Source: a virus. Taken from it: a stretch of 64,000 nt of DNA. Positions within the stretch are counted from its first letter, which is position 1. Every line of letters begins with the position of its first letter. The stretch covers positions 1-64,000 of the IMG/VR virus record IMGVR_UViG_3300036719_006047; one strand, given 5' to 3'. A program made the position numbers and the translations under genes. Below are positions 1 through 9,210 of the stretch, one piece after another. The notes below the pieces were generated by a model that saw nothing but the letters and a program-made list of their open reading frames with translations, ran no database searches and was not told the origin of the DNA.

Positions 1-75
1 CAGCCTCCAAAGAAGTTATGAAGAAGGTTAACTTTACCTTGGGCCACAATCAATGACAGAGGTCTGTTCGGAGTG

Positions 76-636
76 CTACGGGTGCTTGAGAGGCACGAAC
101 TGCGTCTCAGTGCAGGGCAAGTCTAACCATACAGTCCAGATGAAATCGAGCGTAGGAGACTTGCCGCGTTCTTTGCAAAAAGACGGGCGCCACGTCAGCG
201 GGCAAACTGCGTGCGGTCCTGTCTCTCGAAACAGCTTGAGACGCCGCTTAGAGTTCCAGTAGGTGACCTTGAGCAGCATGGCGAACGGCACGCGGTATTC
301 GCTCGCAGTTCGGATGAAGTCTTCGGCGAGAAAGAAGGGAGGGTTGGTGACGATGCTGGTGAAGCCCTCGATTGAATCTGTCGTCAAGAAGTCTACGCCT
401 GAAGTCCCGTAGCCCCGGTCGTAGAGATCAGTCGCGATGACAGTGCCGTTGAGGCCTTCGATCACCCGAGCGATGGCCCCGTCGCCGCAGGCCGGTTCCC
501 ACACCGTTCCTCTGGTATAGAGGAAAGGAAACGCACTTAGAACGGCTTTCGTGCAGTCGGCTGGAGTTGGGTAGAAGTCAGCCTCATTCCGTAGGAATGA
601 AGTCGATTTGCCGCCGATTAGAGTGCTCGCTTTCAC
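76..636 (-). CDS. Phage-type SAM-dependent DNA (N6-adenine/N4-cytosine) methyltransferase
   Basis: Motifs DFYPTP, WEPACGDG (SAM-binding motif I) and TNPPF (NPPF/Y catalytic motif IV). Confidence 0.85.
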   Translation of the reverse strand: MKASTLIGGKSTSFLRNEADFYPTPADCTKAVLSAFPFLYTRGTVWEPACGDGAIARVIEGLNGTVIATDLYDRGYGTSGVDFLTTDSIEGFTSIVTNPPFFLAEDFIRTASEYRVPFAMLLKVTYWNSKRRLKLFRETGPHAVCPLTWRPSFCKERGKSPTLDFIWTVWLDLPCTETQFVPLKHP

Positions 637-697
637 GTTCTCTCTCCGAGAGAAGGGCAGCGGGGCTCTATCTGCGGCGAGTTCGGTCTGCCAGGGA

Positions 698-728
698 AAG
701 TTACGGAAATATATTATTTCAGTAACTT
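698..728. promoter_or_regulatory. 31-bp AT-rich near-perfect palindrome between divergent genes (candidate operator)
   Basis: AAGTTACGGAAATA-TAT-TATTTCAGTAACTT, 13 of 14 arm positions pair; lies between the MTase start (636, -) and the + strand gene at 845. Confidence 0.5.
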
Positions 729-844
729 ATACGAGAACGCGCTGCCCATCGGCATTTTCGTACAGTCTTCTCGGATGCGCCGCGCGCGCTATGCGTGTAG
801 CGCGTGAAAGCAGCCATTCGGTTAGGATGTGCTGGAGGTCAGCT

Positions 845-1573
845 ATGGCAAAGTCGCCTTTCTCATCGGACGTAAAGGAAACTCTCGATCTCCTGGCCAA
901 AGGCCAGAGGGGAGAACGAGCAGTTGAAATCGCGCGCCTGTTGTTATCAAACAAGGCTCCGGATGTTGTTTCTTTCATTCTGAAAGCGAGACAAAACTTC
1001 GGCGTAGAACAGAGCGAGGCGCTTAGCGATATCGTTACTGCTGCTCTGTCTGACAGATCAGAGAAAAGCATCTCGGCAGATGCGCTGATAAGGATCACAG
1101 AAAGTGTTAGCAGGAAGTACGAAAAGAAAAGAAAAATGGAGGGGATGACCAGCGCGACAGTACGCCCGTCGGGCAGACAATTAGACAGTGATGAAGTGTT
1201 GATTTACGCCGACGTTCTGCCCGATGAATCAGCAGCATCTCCAGAATTGCGTGTAATCGAATCTCTATCAGAAAGGCGGGAGGCGCCTCAAATCGCAGAA
1301 GTGTTTAAGGCGCACGGAATCGGAGAACAGCTACGCCGTGCCTTTCAGGTTGTCGCCGCCTACGAGAATAACCGAGACCGTGTCGTCGCTCTCACGCAGA
1401 TCGCAAAAAAAACTGCTAGCGATAAGAACGACATCAACGTCTTGTTTGACGCTTACTTGCAGCTCAATAGAGCTGCGAGCAATACCCAAAACCCGATCGC
1501 TGAGCTGCAAAGCATTCCTTCGGGCAATATCGATGAGGGGTTTCTTAATGTTCTTTCGCGACTTGCGCGTTAG
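845..1573 (+). CDS. Hypothetical helical protein
   Basis: Long ORF 608..1573; protein-like composition from ATG 845 (MAKSPFSSDVKE); start uncertain (ATG 791 also possible). Confidence 0.6.
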   Translation: MAKSPFSSDVKETLDLLAKGQRGERAVEIARLLLSNKAPDVVSFILKARQNFGVEQSEALSDIVTAALSDRSEKSISADALIRITESVSRKYEKKRKMEGMTSATVRPSGRQLDSDEVLIYADVLPDESAASPELRVIESLSERREAPQIAEVFKAHGIGEQLRRAFQVVAAYENNRDRVVALTQIAKKTASDKNDINVLFDAYLQLNRAASNTQNPIAELQSIPSGNIDEGFLNVLSRLAR

Positions 1574-1793
1574 CTGTTTTAGCCTTGTCTTGCTGTCTGC
1601 GTTCATACAACTCAAACAGCAGAGGCTTCAGCCATGACCACAGCTTTCGGCTCATGACGACTACGTTCCAGGGCTGAATTCGATTTCCTTTGATCTCATT
1701 CATAAACACGACAGTTACACCGCCCGTGTTGTCTGTAACCATCAGCCCGAAGTACTTGAGGATCTCAGCTTCCTGTTCATCGCAGATGGGCAT
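1545..1793 (-). CDS. Small hypothetical protein
   Basis: 82-aa ORF with protein-like composition filling the gap between + strand genes. Confidence 0.45.
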   Translation of the reverse strand: MPICDEQEAEILKYFGLMVTDNTGGVTVVFMNEIKGNRIQPWNVVVMSRKLWSWLKPLLFELYERRQQDKAKTANAQVAKEH

Positions 1794-1858
1794 ACAGCAC
1801 CTTTTTGTTGTTGAGTTCCGGTGTCCGTAGTAAGAAGGAAAGCAAGAGAGGTTTCAAC

Positions 1859-2392
1859 ATGGTAGACGCAAAGGTCTTGGAGAAGTACGAAAAGATACTG
1901 ACGATGGCCGAAAGAGCGGAAGGCAATGAACGGGCTACAGCTGCCGGCATCGCCGCCAAGATGCGCCTGCAGCATCCTACTCTTGAGGCAGATTACGAGC
2001 AATACGTCTACAGAAAACTGGTCGAAGAAAGCGATAAGGGAGAGGGGTTTTCCGGCAGCTCAGAGCAGCCGCAACACACTTACTCTTCGCCTAACCAGCA
2101 GCAGAATACAGGTTCACCTTTCTGGGACTTCGCGCAGAACATCTACCACACGGCTGCCGATTTCGCGAGCACGATCAGCGACGCCGTGATGGGCACGCAC
2201 CTTGCGCGACAAGTCAAAGTGACGTCTCGCCTCAACAAGAAAGATTCTGTTGTGGTGTCTTTCAGCCTCAGCCCTGACGTTCTTGACCATCTCGACGAGT
2301 TCAACGGCGCACAGAGAGTTGCGTTCCGAAACTCAGTCCTCGCTATGGTCCAAGAAGAGCTTGACGAGATCTTGTTCCCGCAGGAATCTTAA
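1859..2392 (+). CDS. Hypothetical protein with DUF2786-like N-terminus
   Basis: ATG 1859 after GAGAGG; N-terminus KYEKILTMAERAEGNERATAAGIAAKM resembles the DUF2786 helical motif. Confidence 0.6.
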   Translation: MVDAKVLEKYEKILTMAERAEGNERATAAGIAAKMRLQHPTLEADYEQYVYRKLVEESDKGEGFSGSSEQPQHTYSSPNQQQNTGSPFWDFAQNIYHTAADFASTISDAVMGTHLARQVKVTSRLNKKDSVVVSFSLSPDVLDHLDEFNGAQRVAFRNSVLAMVQEELDEILFPQES

Positions 2393-2829
2393 GTCTCGGT
2401 CGGCTCATTTTGTGGCGTTTGAGCTTTCAGCCCGAAGTAGTAGCTAAACACCATCAGGCATGTGTCTTTGATGAAGTGCAAGATCACGTCGTGCTCAGAA
2501 TCAGATAAAAGTGATGTGTCGGGCCCAGCAATCAAGAGGTCCGCGATGTACACGCCCACAACAAGCGCAACGAGCGTTGTCACGAACCGCGTCAAGTACA
2601 TGTGATCTGTCTTCGCTTTCTGCGTCACCTTTGCGATCAGGATCTGCACAAGCGCCACGATCACGATGCCGATCGCCACAGCACCAAACGTCGTCGAGAT
2701 CGAATCATACAACGACGGGTAAACCCGAGGTACTTTAGCGATATCTGGCTCTGCTTCTTGCTCTTCGCCGGACACCTGTGCTGCGACAGGAGAACAGTTC
2801 ACGGATTCAGCGTAAAGTTCTTCTTCCAT
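2389..2829 (-). CDS. Three-TM membrane protein, holin-like
   Basis: Three hydrophobic segments ending VFSYYFG; directly downstream of, and 3 nt from, the amidase. Confidence 0.55.
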   Translation of the reverse strand: MEEELYAESVNCSPVAAQVSGEEQEAEPDIAKVPRVYPSLYDSISTTFGAVAIGIVIVALVQILIAKVTQKAKTDHMYLTRFVTTLVALVVGVYIADLLIAGPDTSLLSDSEHDVILHFIKDTCLMVFSYYFGLKAQTPQNEPTET

Positions 2830-2832
2830 GAG

Positions 2833-3435
2833 TCATCTCCATGCCGTGAGGCCAGCCACAATCGCTTTCGCAATGGCCTCCCCGCCTTCGGGGCTCGCCA
2901 GCCAGGCGTGCTCAGGCCGATCGATGAAGTAAGGCTCAAAACAAACGCCCGCGATGTTGGCGGGACCGGCAAAGATGCCCGAGATGGTGCTAAATCCTCT
3001 TTTCCATTCATTGGTCGCGCTGGCCGAGCGGGTCAAGTTTCTTTTCAGCCCACTCAGCTTTTCGGCAGAGAGAGCATCCGACAAGCACAGAGCCAAAGAA
3101 GCACCGCGAGTGCTTCTCTCATCTGAAATCATGACCGAGTAATCGCCCTTTCCGGCATTGATGTGGCACGCGATGTAAGCGACAAGCGAACCCTTATTTG
3201 CTGCCGCAATAGCGTTCGCCTTCTTGTGTCGATCAGGGTACCAGCCTTGATCCAGCACGTAAACGCTGTGCCCCATCTTCTCGAGAGCTGCTTTTGCAGG
3301 AAGGAAGTACAAAGGAGTCAAGTTGGCTTCTTGCTCCTGAACTTCGACTTTGCCGTCATTGTCGAGATCGTAGCCAGCTCCCATGTCAGCCTTTCCGGGC
3401 TTGCCGTAATGCTGGCGGTCGAAGATGACGATCAT
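2833..3435 (-). CDS. N-acetylmuramoyl-L-alanine amidase (Amidase_3 type) endolysin
   Basis: Zn-amidase pattern: IFDRQH, QEANL, ACHINAG, CFEPYFID. Confidence 0.8.
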   Translation of the reverse strand: MIVIFDRQHYGKPGKADMGAGYDLDNDGKVEVQEQEANLTPLYFLPAKAALEKMGHSVYVLDQGWYPDRHKKANAIAAANKGSLVAYIACHINAGKGDYSVMISDERSTRGASLALCLSDALSAEKLSGLKRNLTRSASATNEWKRGFSTISGIFAGPANIAGVCFEPYFIDRPEHAWLASPEGGEAIAKAIVAGLTAWR

Positions 3436-3444
3436 TGGAATCTC

Positions 3445-3651
3445 CTACGGGATGATGTGAGGTTGGAGCACGGTCGAGATGTCATCCCCGAACGCGCAGG
3501 TTTCGGTATTGTCCGTTGGGGGCGCTGATGCGCGGGCTGCCGCTTCTGCGACGAGGGCCTGGGCTACGTCCTGGGGAATATAAATCTCCATTCGGTACAG
3601 GGGCTCGCCGTCCATTGTGTGTTCGATGCCGACGAAACGGTAGTTTTCCAC
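3445..3651 (-). CDS. Small hypothetical protein
   Basis: 68-aa ORF coupled to neighbours in the minus-strand operon (GTG start). Confidence 0.55.
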   Translation of the reverse strand: MENYRFVGIEHTMDGEPLYRMEIYIPQDVAQALVAEAAARASAPPTDNTETCAFGDDISTVLQPHIIP

Positions 3652-3652
3652 G

Positions 3653-6199
3653 TTAGCTCCATTTCAGTATGCGAATTCGCGTGATGTAGTTTGATACGGT
3701 GCCCGAGCACCGCAAGAGAAAAAACCCCTTGAGGGCATTTCCGTAAGCCTGGGCAGTTGTCGCAGTTTCAGCGGCAATACCCAGGTAAGTGTAGCCAGAC
3801 AAGTCCGGGTAACCGTCCGGCATGATAGTTGTGCCTAAGTCCGTTTTTGCGAAGATCAACCTACCCGCGATAATCACGACCGAAGTTACCATTTCGGTGA
3901 AGGCCCCAACCCCCGATAGTGTCTCAATCGTGGTGGTCGATCTTTGCGTGATAATGTTATAGCCTCCGCTGAATTGGTATATCTTGCGAACGCTCACGGG
4001 ATCGGTAAAAACATCCCCCACACTAATTCCCCAGCTTACATAGTTATTGCTACCGGAGAGCACAATAGACTGAGCCTGGAACTGGACCACCACACTACCG
4101 AGCTGCATGGCGGCGTTATTCAACCCTGCGGGCGTAGCTAAATCAAGCGATACGTTGAGCGGGTTGATTCCTGATGTCCCACCGACGAAAAGGCCGGATG
4201 CGTCAATTGAAGTTGTGCCGTTTGTGCTTCCTGAGCGGGTGGCCGTGAGCGTAGACCACGGAACTCCGCCGATCGTGACGGGCTGGCTGCCAGAAAAGAA
4301 GCTGGCGACTGGATCTAACGCAGTCATGTCTTGGTCGAGGATTGAGGTCCAGGAACCAGAGATCGCCGAAGTGAGAACCCCTATTTGAGCGATTGAAGTG
4401 ACGGTCTGTCCGACCAGTCCGAGGTCAGTAGCGGTAAGTGTAAGTTTTACCGCGCTACCGTCATTGAGACCGCTTACCGTGTAAGGGCCAAGGCCTGACC
4501 CCGAGAAAGAAGCACCAACGCCAAGCGTTTGCTCTAATCCGACAGAATAAGAGTAAGAACCTGTACCGCCCGTCGGCGCGTTGAACGTCACATTAACAGA
4601 AGTGCTGCCCGCGACGAGAATTTGCGCTGCGGGGTCAGAGCCTGCAACAAGCGGTGTAAAGGTGGCAGCCTGTAGGACTGCGATCGTAGTCGTGTTGAAA
4701 ACTTGTTGGTTCGTTACTGTGTCAGTCGAAGTAAGCGTCACTTTGGCAACGTCGCCGTCATTGAGGCCCGTCACTTGGTAAGGCCCTAACCCAGTGCCGC
4801 TCAAAGAAGCGCCTGTTCCGATCAATTGCGAAAGAGCGACAGCGTAGCTGTAGCTTCCGCTACCTCCTGTCGGCGCATTAAACGTAAATGAGCTGCTTGT
4901 CGTAGAACCGATGGGCAAAGCCTCGTTTCCGACGTCTGCCCCAGCCACCAAAGGTGCTTTTTCAACGATGGTGTAGGTTCTGGAAGTCACACTCTGCGCT
5001 ACAGGCCCCGCGTCTGTCGTCGTCAGCGTGAGAACCGCAATGTCTTCGTCTTCGAGGTTCGTGATGCTGTAGGGTCCTAAGCCGCTGCCACTAAAAGAAG
5101 CTCCCGTGCCTCGAACAAAGGACAGCACAGCGGCATAGCTGTAGCCTCCGCTGCCTCCTGTAGCCGCAGTAAAGTTGATACTCGTTCTGCTGGTCGTACC
5201 CGCAGCCAGTGTAACTGTGGGAGGCGCGGCTGCAGGATTGAGCACGTTGTAGCTGTCGACTACCGCGGTCGTCGTGAAGTTCTGTACCTCCTGGGCAATG
5301 CCCCCAGCATCAGTTGAAGTCAAAACAATAGTAGCTATGCGTCCGTCATCGAGCCCGCTAAGGGAATAAGGACCAAGACCCGATCCCGATAAAGTCGATC
5401 CGCTGCCGACATCTTCTACCAGGCTTGCGCTGTACGTGAAACTTCCGCTGCCCCCCGACGGCGCGGTGAACGTGAAAGGCCCTGAACTCGTAGACCCGAT
5501 GGGGAGCGACGAGTTTGACGGGTTTGCAGCAACTACGACAGCCGACGTAAGTTGAATAACGGAGACAACGAAGCTCGACGTGACGCTTTGCGCTACAGGC
5601 CCTGTGTCTGTTGTGGTCAACACCACTTCTACGACATCGCTAAACTCGAGATTGTTTACCGTGTAGGGCCCAAGCCCGCTGCCCGACAAGGTCGCACCAC
5701 TTCCGACGACCTGCACCAAGCTCGCGGAATAGCTGTAGGCGCCACTTCCGCCAGTCGCAGCCGTAAAGCTCGCAGGAGCGCTGCTTGTTGCTGTTGCGGC
5801 AAGGTTTTGATCTGCGGGCGCGGCAGCCGCAACAAGAGGGTTGTAGGTTCCTTGCACGCTGATGACGCAGTATTCGTACACAATCTGCGTCGTAGAGCCC
5901 GTGTCAGTGATCTCAAGCGTGATCTCTACGACATCACCGGGCTGCAAAGATGATACTGTGTACGGCCCAAGCCCGCTGCCTGATAAAGTCGCGCCGCTGC
6001 CGACCACGTGAGAGAGGCTTGCGCTGTAGCTGTAGCCACCACTCCCGCCGCTCGGGGCGTTGAATGTGACTGTCGTGCTTGTGGCTGACCGGGGTAGCGT
6101 TTGATCTGCCGGATTTGCCCCAGGCGCAAGAGGAGTGTACAGCGAGCTCGTGCTCGCCACAAAGGAGATATTGGTCTTGCCCAGGATAGAGATGCTCAA
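3653..6199 (-). CDS. Large Ig-like repeat protein (six ~98-aa repeats plus C-terminal beta domain); putative fibre/adhesin
   Basis: Six repeats with GGSGxYSY...LSGSGLGPY(T/S)V..L..GD...LT.TD; likely TTG start at 6199 overlapping the upstream TGA (TTGA), behind GAGGTG. Confidence 0.8.
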   Translation of the reverse strand: MSISILGKTNISFVASTSSLYTPLAPGANPADQTLPRSATSTTVTFNAPSGGSGGYSYSASLSHVVGSGATLSGSGLGPYTVSSLQPGDVVEITLEITDTGSTTQIVYEYCVISVQGTYNPLVAAAAPADQNLAATATSSAPASFTAATGGSGAYSYSASLVQVVGSGATLSGSGLGPYTVNNLEFSDVVEVVLTTTDTGPVAQSVTSSFVVSVIQLTSAVVVAANPSNSSLPIGSTSSGPFTFTAPSGGSGSFTYSASLVEDVGSGSTLSGSGLGPYSLSGLDDGRIATIVLTSTDAGGIAQEVQNFTTTAVVDSYNVLNPAAAPPTVTLAAGTTSRTSINFTAATGGSGGYSYAAVLSFVRGTGASFSGSGLGPYSITNLEDEDIAVLTLTTTDAGPVAQSVTSRTYTIVEKAPLVAGADVGNEALPIGSTTSSSFTFNAPTGGSGSYSYAVALSQLIGTGASLSGTGLGPYQVTGLNDGDVAKVTLTSTDTVTNQQVFNTTTIAVLQAATFTPLVAGSDPAAQILVAGSTSVNVTFNAPTGGTGSYSYSVGLEQTLGVGASFSGSGLGPYTVSGLNDGSAVKLTLTATDLGLVGQTVTSIAQIGVLTSAISGSWTSILDQDMTALDPVASFFSGSQPVTIGGVPWSTLTATRSGSTNGTTSIDASGLFVGGTSGINPLNVSLDLATPAGLNNAAMQLGSVVVQFQAQSIVLSGSNNYVSWGISVGDVFTDPVSVRKIYQFSGGYNIITQRSTTTIETLSGVGAFTEMVTSVVIIAGRLIFAKTDLGTTIMPDGYPDLSGYTYLGIAAETATTAQAYGNALKGFFLLRCSGTVSNYITRIRILKWS

Positions 6200-8760
6200 A
6201 ACCACCTCAGCAAACGCACTCGAGTAATGGTGGTTGTGTTTGTAGCGGCATTACCAACCACCGCAGCGTAGCCGTTGATCGCTGTCGTAAAGTACTGCGC
6301 AGTCGAGGTTGTCTGTGCCGCTGTTCCTGTATAGTTGTAGCCGCTCGAATTTGTAGGGTTCGAGGGCAGTATTACCGTATCGAGTTCAGGCTTGATGAAG
6401 CAGAGCCGTCCGCCGTACAGCAAGATCGAGACGACGCTCGATACGGGTCCGCTTCCCGAAGAGCTGAGCAATTGAGTGCTTACGCCAGCTCTCCAGGTGC
6501 GTAAGTTGTAGTTAGGGCTAACGAACTGAACGTAGGCTGCGTTGCTGGTCACGTCCGTGATTGAGTTCACGCCGTTGATGCCCCACATGCAGTAGTTGCT
6601 GGCCCCTGAAACAGTGACAGGGTCGTTGATCAACTGCAACAGCCAAGGACCTTTCTGAAAATCTGCTTGCGCAAGACCCACAAAGAACGGAGCCAAGTTG
6701 ATCGATGCGATGATCGCTCCAGAACCCGTAGACGCAGAGACTGTCAATCCTCCTGCTCCTGCCGTAACAGTCCCGTTTGTCACGCCTGCGCGAACAACCT
6801 GCACAGTTGCCCACGTGACGCCGCTGAACTGAAGGTTTTGCGTTCCGCTCGACCACGGTCCTCCTGCATCAAGGCCGATCAAGGACTGGTCTACTATTGT
6901 TTGCCATTGAGCGGCTGACGTAGGTTCTGCGACAGCGACTTGAGAATACGCTTTTACGACTTGACCTACAGGGCCTGTGTCTGTCGCCGCCAGCTCTACG
7001 GTAGCGATGTCGGAATCGCCTAAACCGCTGACTGTGTAAGGCCCAAGCCCGCTGCCCGACAAGGAAGGAGTACCAGAAGCAGTCAGCAAGGAGCCGACAT
7101 AGCTGTAGGCTCCGCTACCGCCCGTCGGGGCCGTAAATGTGATAGCAGAGCTCGAAGTACTGCCCGAGGGAAGTCCTTCGTTGGCTGGGTTTGCGCCTGG
7201 AACGAGCGCCACGTAGGTCGGCTGAAAACCAACCGTCACGACAACGGTTGTGGTCACAGCTTGCGCTATACCTGCAGCATCTGTAGACGTCAAAATAACG
7301 TTGACGACGTCATCGTCAGCAAGGTTCGACACCGTGTAAGGGCCAAGACCGCTGCCTGATAAAGTAGCGCCCGAGCCGCTTACTTGAACAAGTGTCGCGC
7401 TGTAGTTGAAGCTACCGCTTCCTCCAGAAGCTGCGTTAAAAGTTATTGTGTTGCTCGTGGTCGTCCCGTAGGCAAGGTCTTGGTTTGCGGGAGCGGCGCC
7501 TGGAGTGACAAGCACTTCTCCGACACTGACATACATCACACGAGTAACTTGCTGCCCGATAGTGTCTTGCGTGACGCAAAAAACCGCAACCACATCACCA
7601 TTTTCAAGGTTCTGGACCTGCAAGTTCGATCTGCCGGTCCCTGCCAGAGTGGCTCCGCTACCCACGAGCTGCTGAATGCTTGGTGTGTAGACCAGAGTAC
7701 TTCTACCTCCCGAAGACGTCGTAAACGTGATCAAGTTCGATACTGTGGCACCTGCCGCTAGGGTCTGAGAAGCGGGCGTCGTGCCAGGGCTCAAAGGCGT
7801 GTAGGGCAGCGGGTAGTTGATGATCACCCAGTTGCGGACAACTTGTCCGATTCCAGCAGTATCGGTAATCGTGAGAACGAGACGCGAAACGTCTCCTGCT
7901 GCGATTGACCCGACTGCGTAAGGACCAAGACCCGAGCCAGAAACAGTTTGACTGCTGCCTCCTGTGATCATTGTAGGTGTAGCGATGCTGTAGCTGTAGG
8001 TTCCGCTACCGCCGCTGGGCACATTGAACGTGATACCGCTTACGCTGGTCCCCGAAGCTGTGACAGTGCTCGGGTTAGCGCCAGGAACAAGACGAGGGAC
8101 AGCTCCGTCAACAGAAACAAGAAAGTTGTTGACCACTGTCTGAGTAACAACGCCAGAATCAGTGCTGGTCAAAGAGACTTCGACGACATCTCCCGCACCC
8201 AGGTTGTTTACTGTGTACGGCCCAAGCCCGCTGCCCGACAAGGTCGCGCCGCTGCCCACAGCTTGAATCAGCGTCGCAGAGTAGGTGTAACTGCCGCTGC
8301 CTCCTGTGGGCGCCGTAAATGTTTCGGGCGCTGAAGACGTGCTGCCTGCAGGCAGTGTTTGATCCGCAGGGTTCGCAGAAGCAACCAGCGGGCTGTAGAC
8401 GAAGTCGACTGTGATCACGCACTGAGAAGTGACAGTCTGCGCAACAGGTCCCGTGTCGGTCACAGTCAAAATGACCTGAAGTTCGTCTCCGTCTTCGAGG
8501 CTCGAGACTGTGTAGGGGCCGAGCCCACTTCCCGACAAGGAAGCGCCGGTTCCTCGAATCTGATCGAGAGTGGCACTGTAGCCATAGCCGCCACTCCCGC
8601 CGCTGGGTGCGTTGAACGTAACTGTCGTGCTCGTCGTGCCCGTCGCCAAGTTCTGATTGGCTGGATCTGCGCCGGGAACAAGGGGCGTGTACGGCGTAAC
8701 CGGCCCGCCTCCCGAGGACGCGAACGAAAACCCAGTCGAATCCGGTATCTGCTGCGACAT
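6196..8760 (-). CDS. Paralogous large Ig-like repeat protein (six repeats plus C-terminal domain); putative fibre/adhesin
   Basis: Same six-repeat architecture as 3653..6199; C-terminal domain shares W.TI.DQ...LD and ITR.R.L.W. Confidence 0.8.
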   Translation of the reverse strand: MSQQIPDSTGFSFASSGGGPVTPYTPLVPGADPANQNLATGTTSTTVTFNAPSGGSGGYGYSATLDQIRGTGASLSGSGLGPYTVSSLEDGDELQVILTVTDTGPVAQTVTSQCVITVDFVYSPLVASANPADQTLPAGSTSSAPETFTAPTGGSGSYTYSATLIQAVGSGATLSGSGLGPYTVNNLGAGDVVEVSLTSTDSGVVTQTVVNNFLVSVDGAVPRLVPGANPSTVTASGTSVSGITFNVPSGGSGTYSYSIATPTMITGGSSQTVSGSGLGPYAVGSIAAGDVSRLVLTITDTAGIGQVVRNWVIINYPLPYTPLSPGTTPASQTLAAGATVSNLITFTTSSGGRSTLVYTPSIQQLVGSGATLAGTGRSNLQVQNLENGDVVAVFCVTQDTIGQQVTRVMYVSVGEVLVTPGAAPANQDLAYGTTTSNTITFNAASGGSGSFNYSATLVQVSGSGATLSGSGLGPYTVSNLADDDVVNVILTSTDAAGIAQAVTTTVVVTVGFQPTYVALVPGANPANEGLPSGSTSSSAITFTAPTGGSGAYSYVGSLLTASGTPSLSGSGLGPYTVSGLGDSDIATVELAATDTGPVGQVVKAYSQVAVAEPTSAAQWQTIVDQSLIGLDAGGPWSSGTQNLQFSGVTWATVQVVRAGVTNGTVTAGAGGLTVSASTGSGAIIASINLAPFFVGLAQADFQKGPWLLQLINDPVTVSGASNYCMWGINGVNSITDVTSNAAYVQFVSPNYNLRTWRAGVSTQLLSSSGSGPVSSVVSILLYGGRLCFIKPELDTVILPSNPTNSSGYNYTGTAAQTTSTAQYFTTAINGYAAVVGNAATNTTTITRVRLLRWF

Positions 8761-8761
8761 C

Positions 8762-9175
8762 TCACGCGCCTGGAGTCAATGAGCCCGACCCCATGACCTG
8801 CGTGACGTTCAAGATAGCGCCGCCAGCGCCAGAAGCTGCAGCAGCCCAAAGCGTGAACCCAGTCAACTGTGGGTCCGCTCTCTTTCCGGCAGCTCCGATG
8901 TTGAGCGTGACCGCAGAACCTGCAGGGATGACGAGAGAGTTGACAAGCACCAAGGTGGGCGCTGGGTCGTTCATCGTTGCTTGGATCCAGATGGGGTTCG
9001 TGCCATCCAGGTTCAGCAAGATCAGCGTCTCGCAGTTCGTGTATAGCGTCAACAACGGAGCCGGTACTGTGCTGTCGACGCCAAACAGTTTGATTGAACT
9101 GGCTGCTCCCCCGCCAGCTGCCGGGAGAGTCAGCGTAGCGCTATCAAGCGGCAAACCGTAAGCGCGGGTAGGCAT
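8762..9175 (-). CDS. Beta-rich hypothetical (probably structural) protein
   Basis: 137-aa ORF coupled to the fibre genes; Ala/Gly/Thr/Leu-rich. Confidence 0.65.
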   Translation of the reverse strand: MPTRAYGLPLDSATLTLPAAGGGAASSIKLFGVDSTVPAPLLTLYTNCETLILLNLDGTNPIWIQATMNDPAPTLVLVNSLVIPAGSAVTLNIGAAGKRADPQLTGFTLWAAAASGAGGAILNVTQVMGSGSLTPGA

Positions 9176-9210
9176 GCTCTATGCTCCGTAGAGCACAGAC
9201 CATAGCTTGA

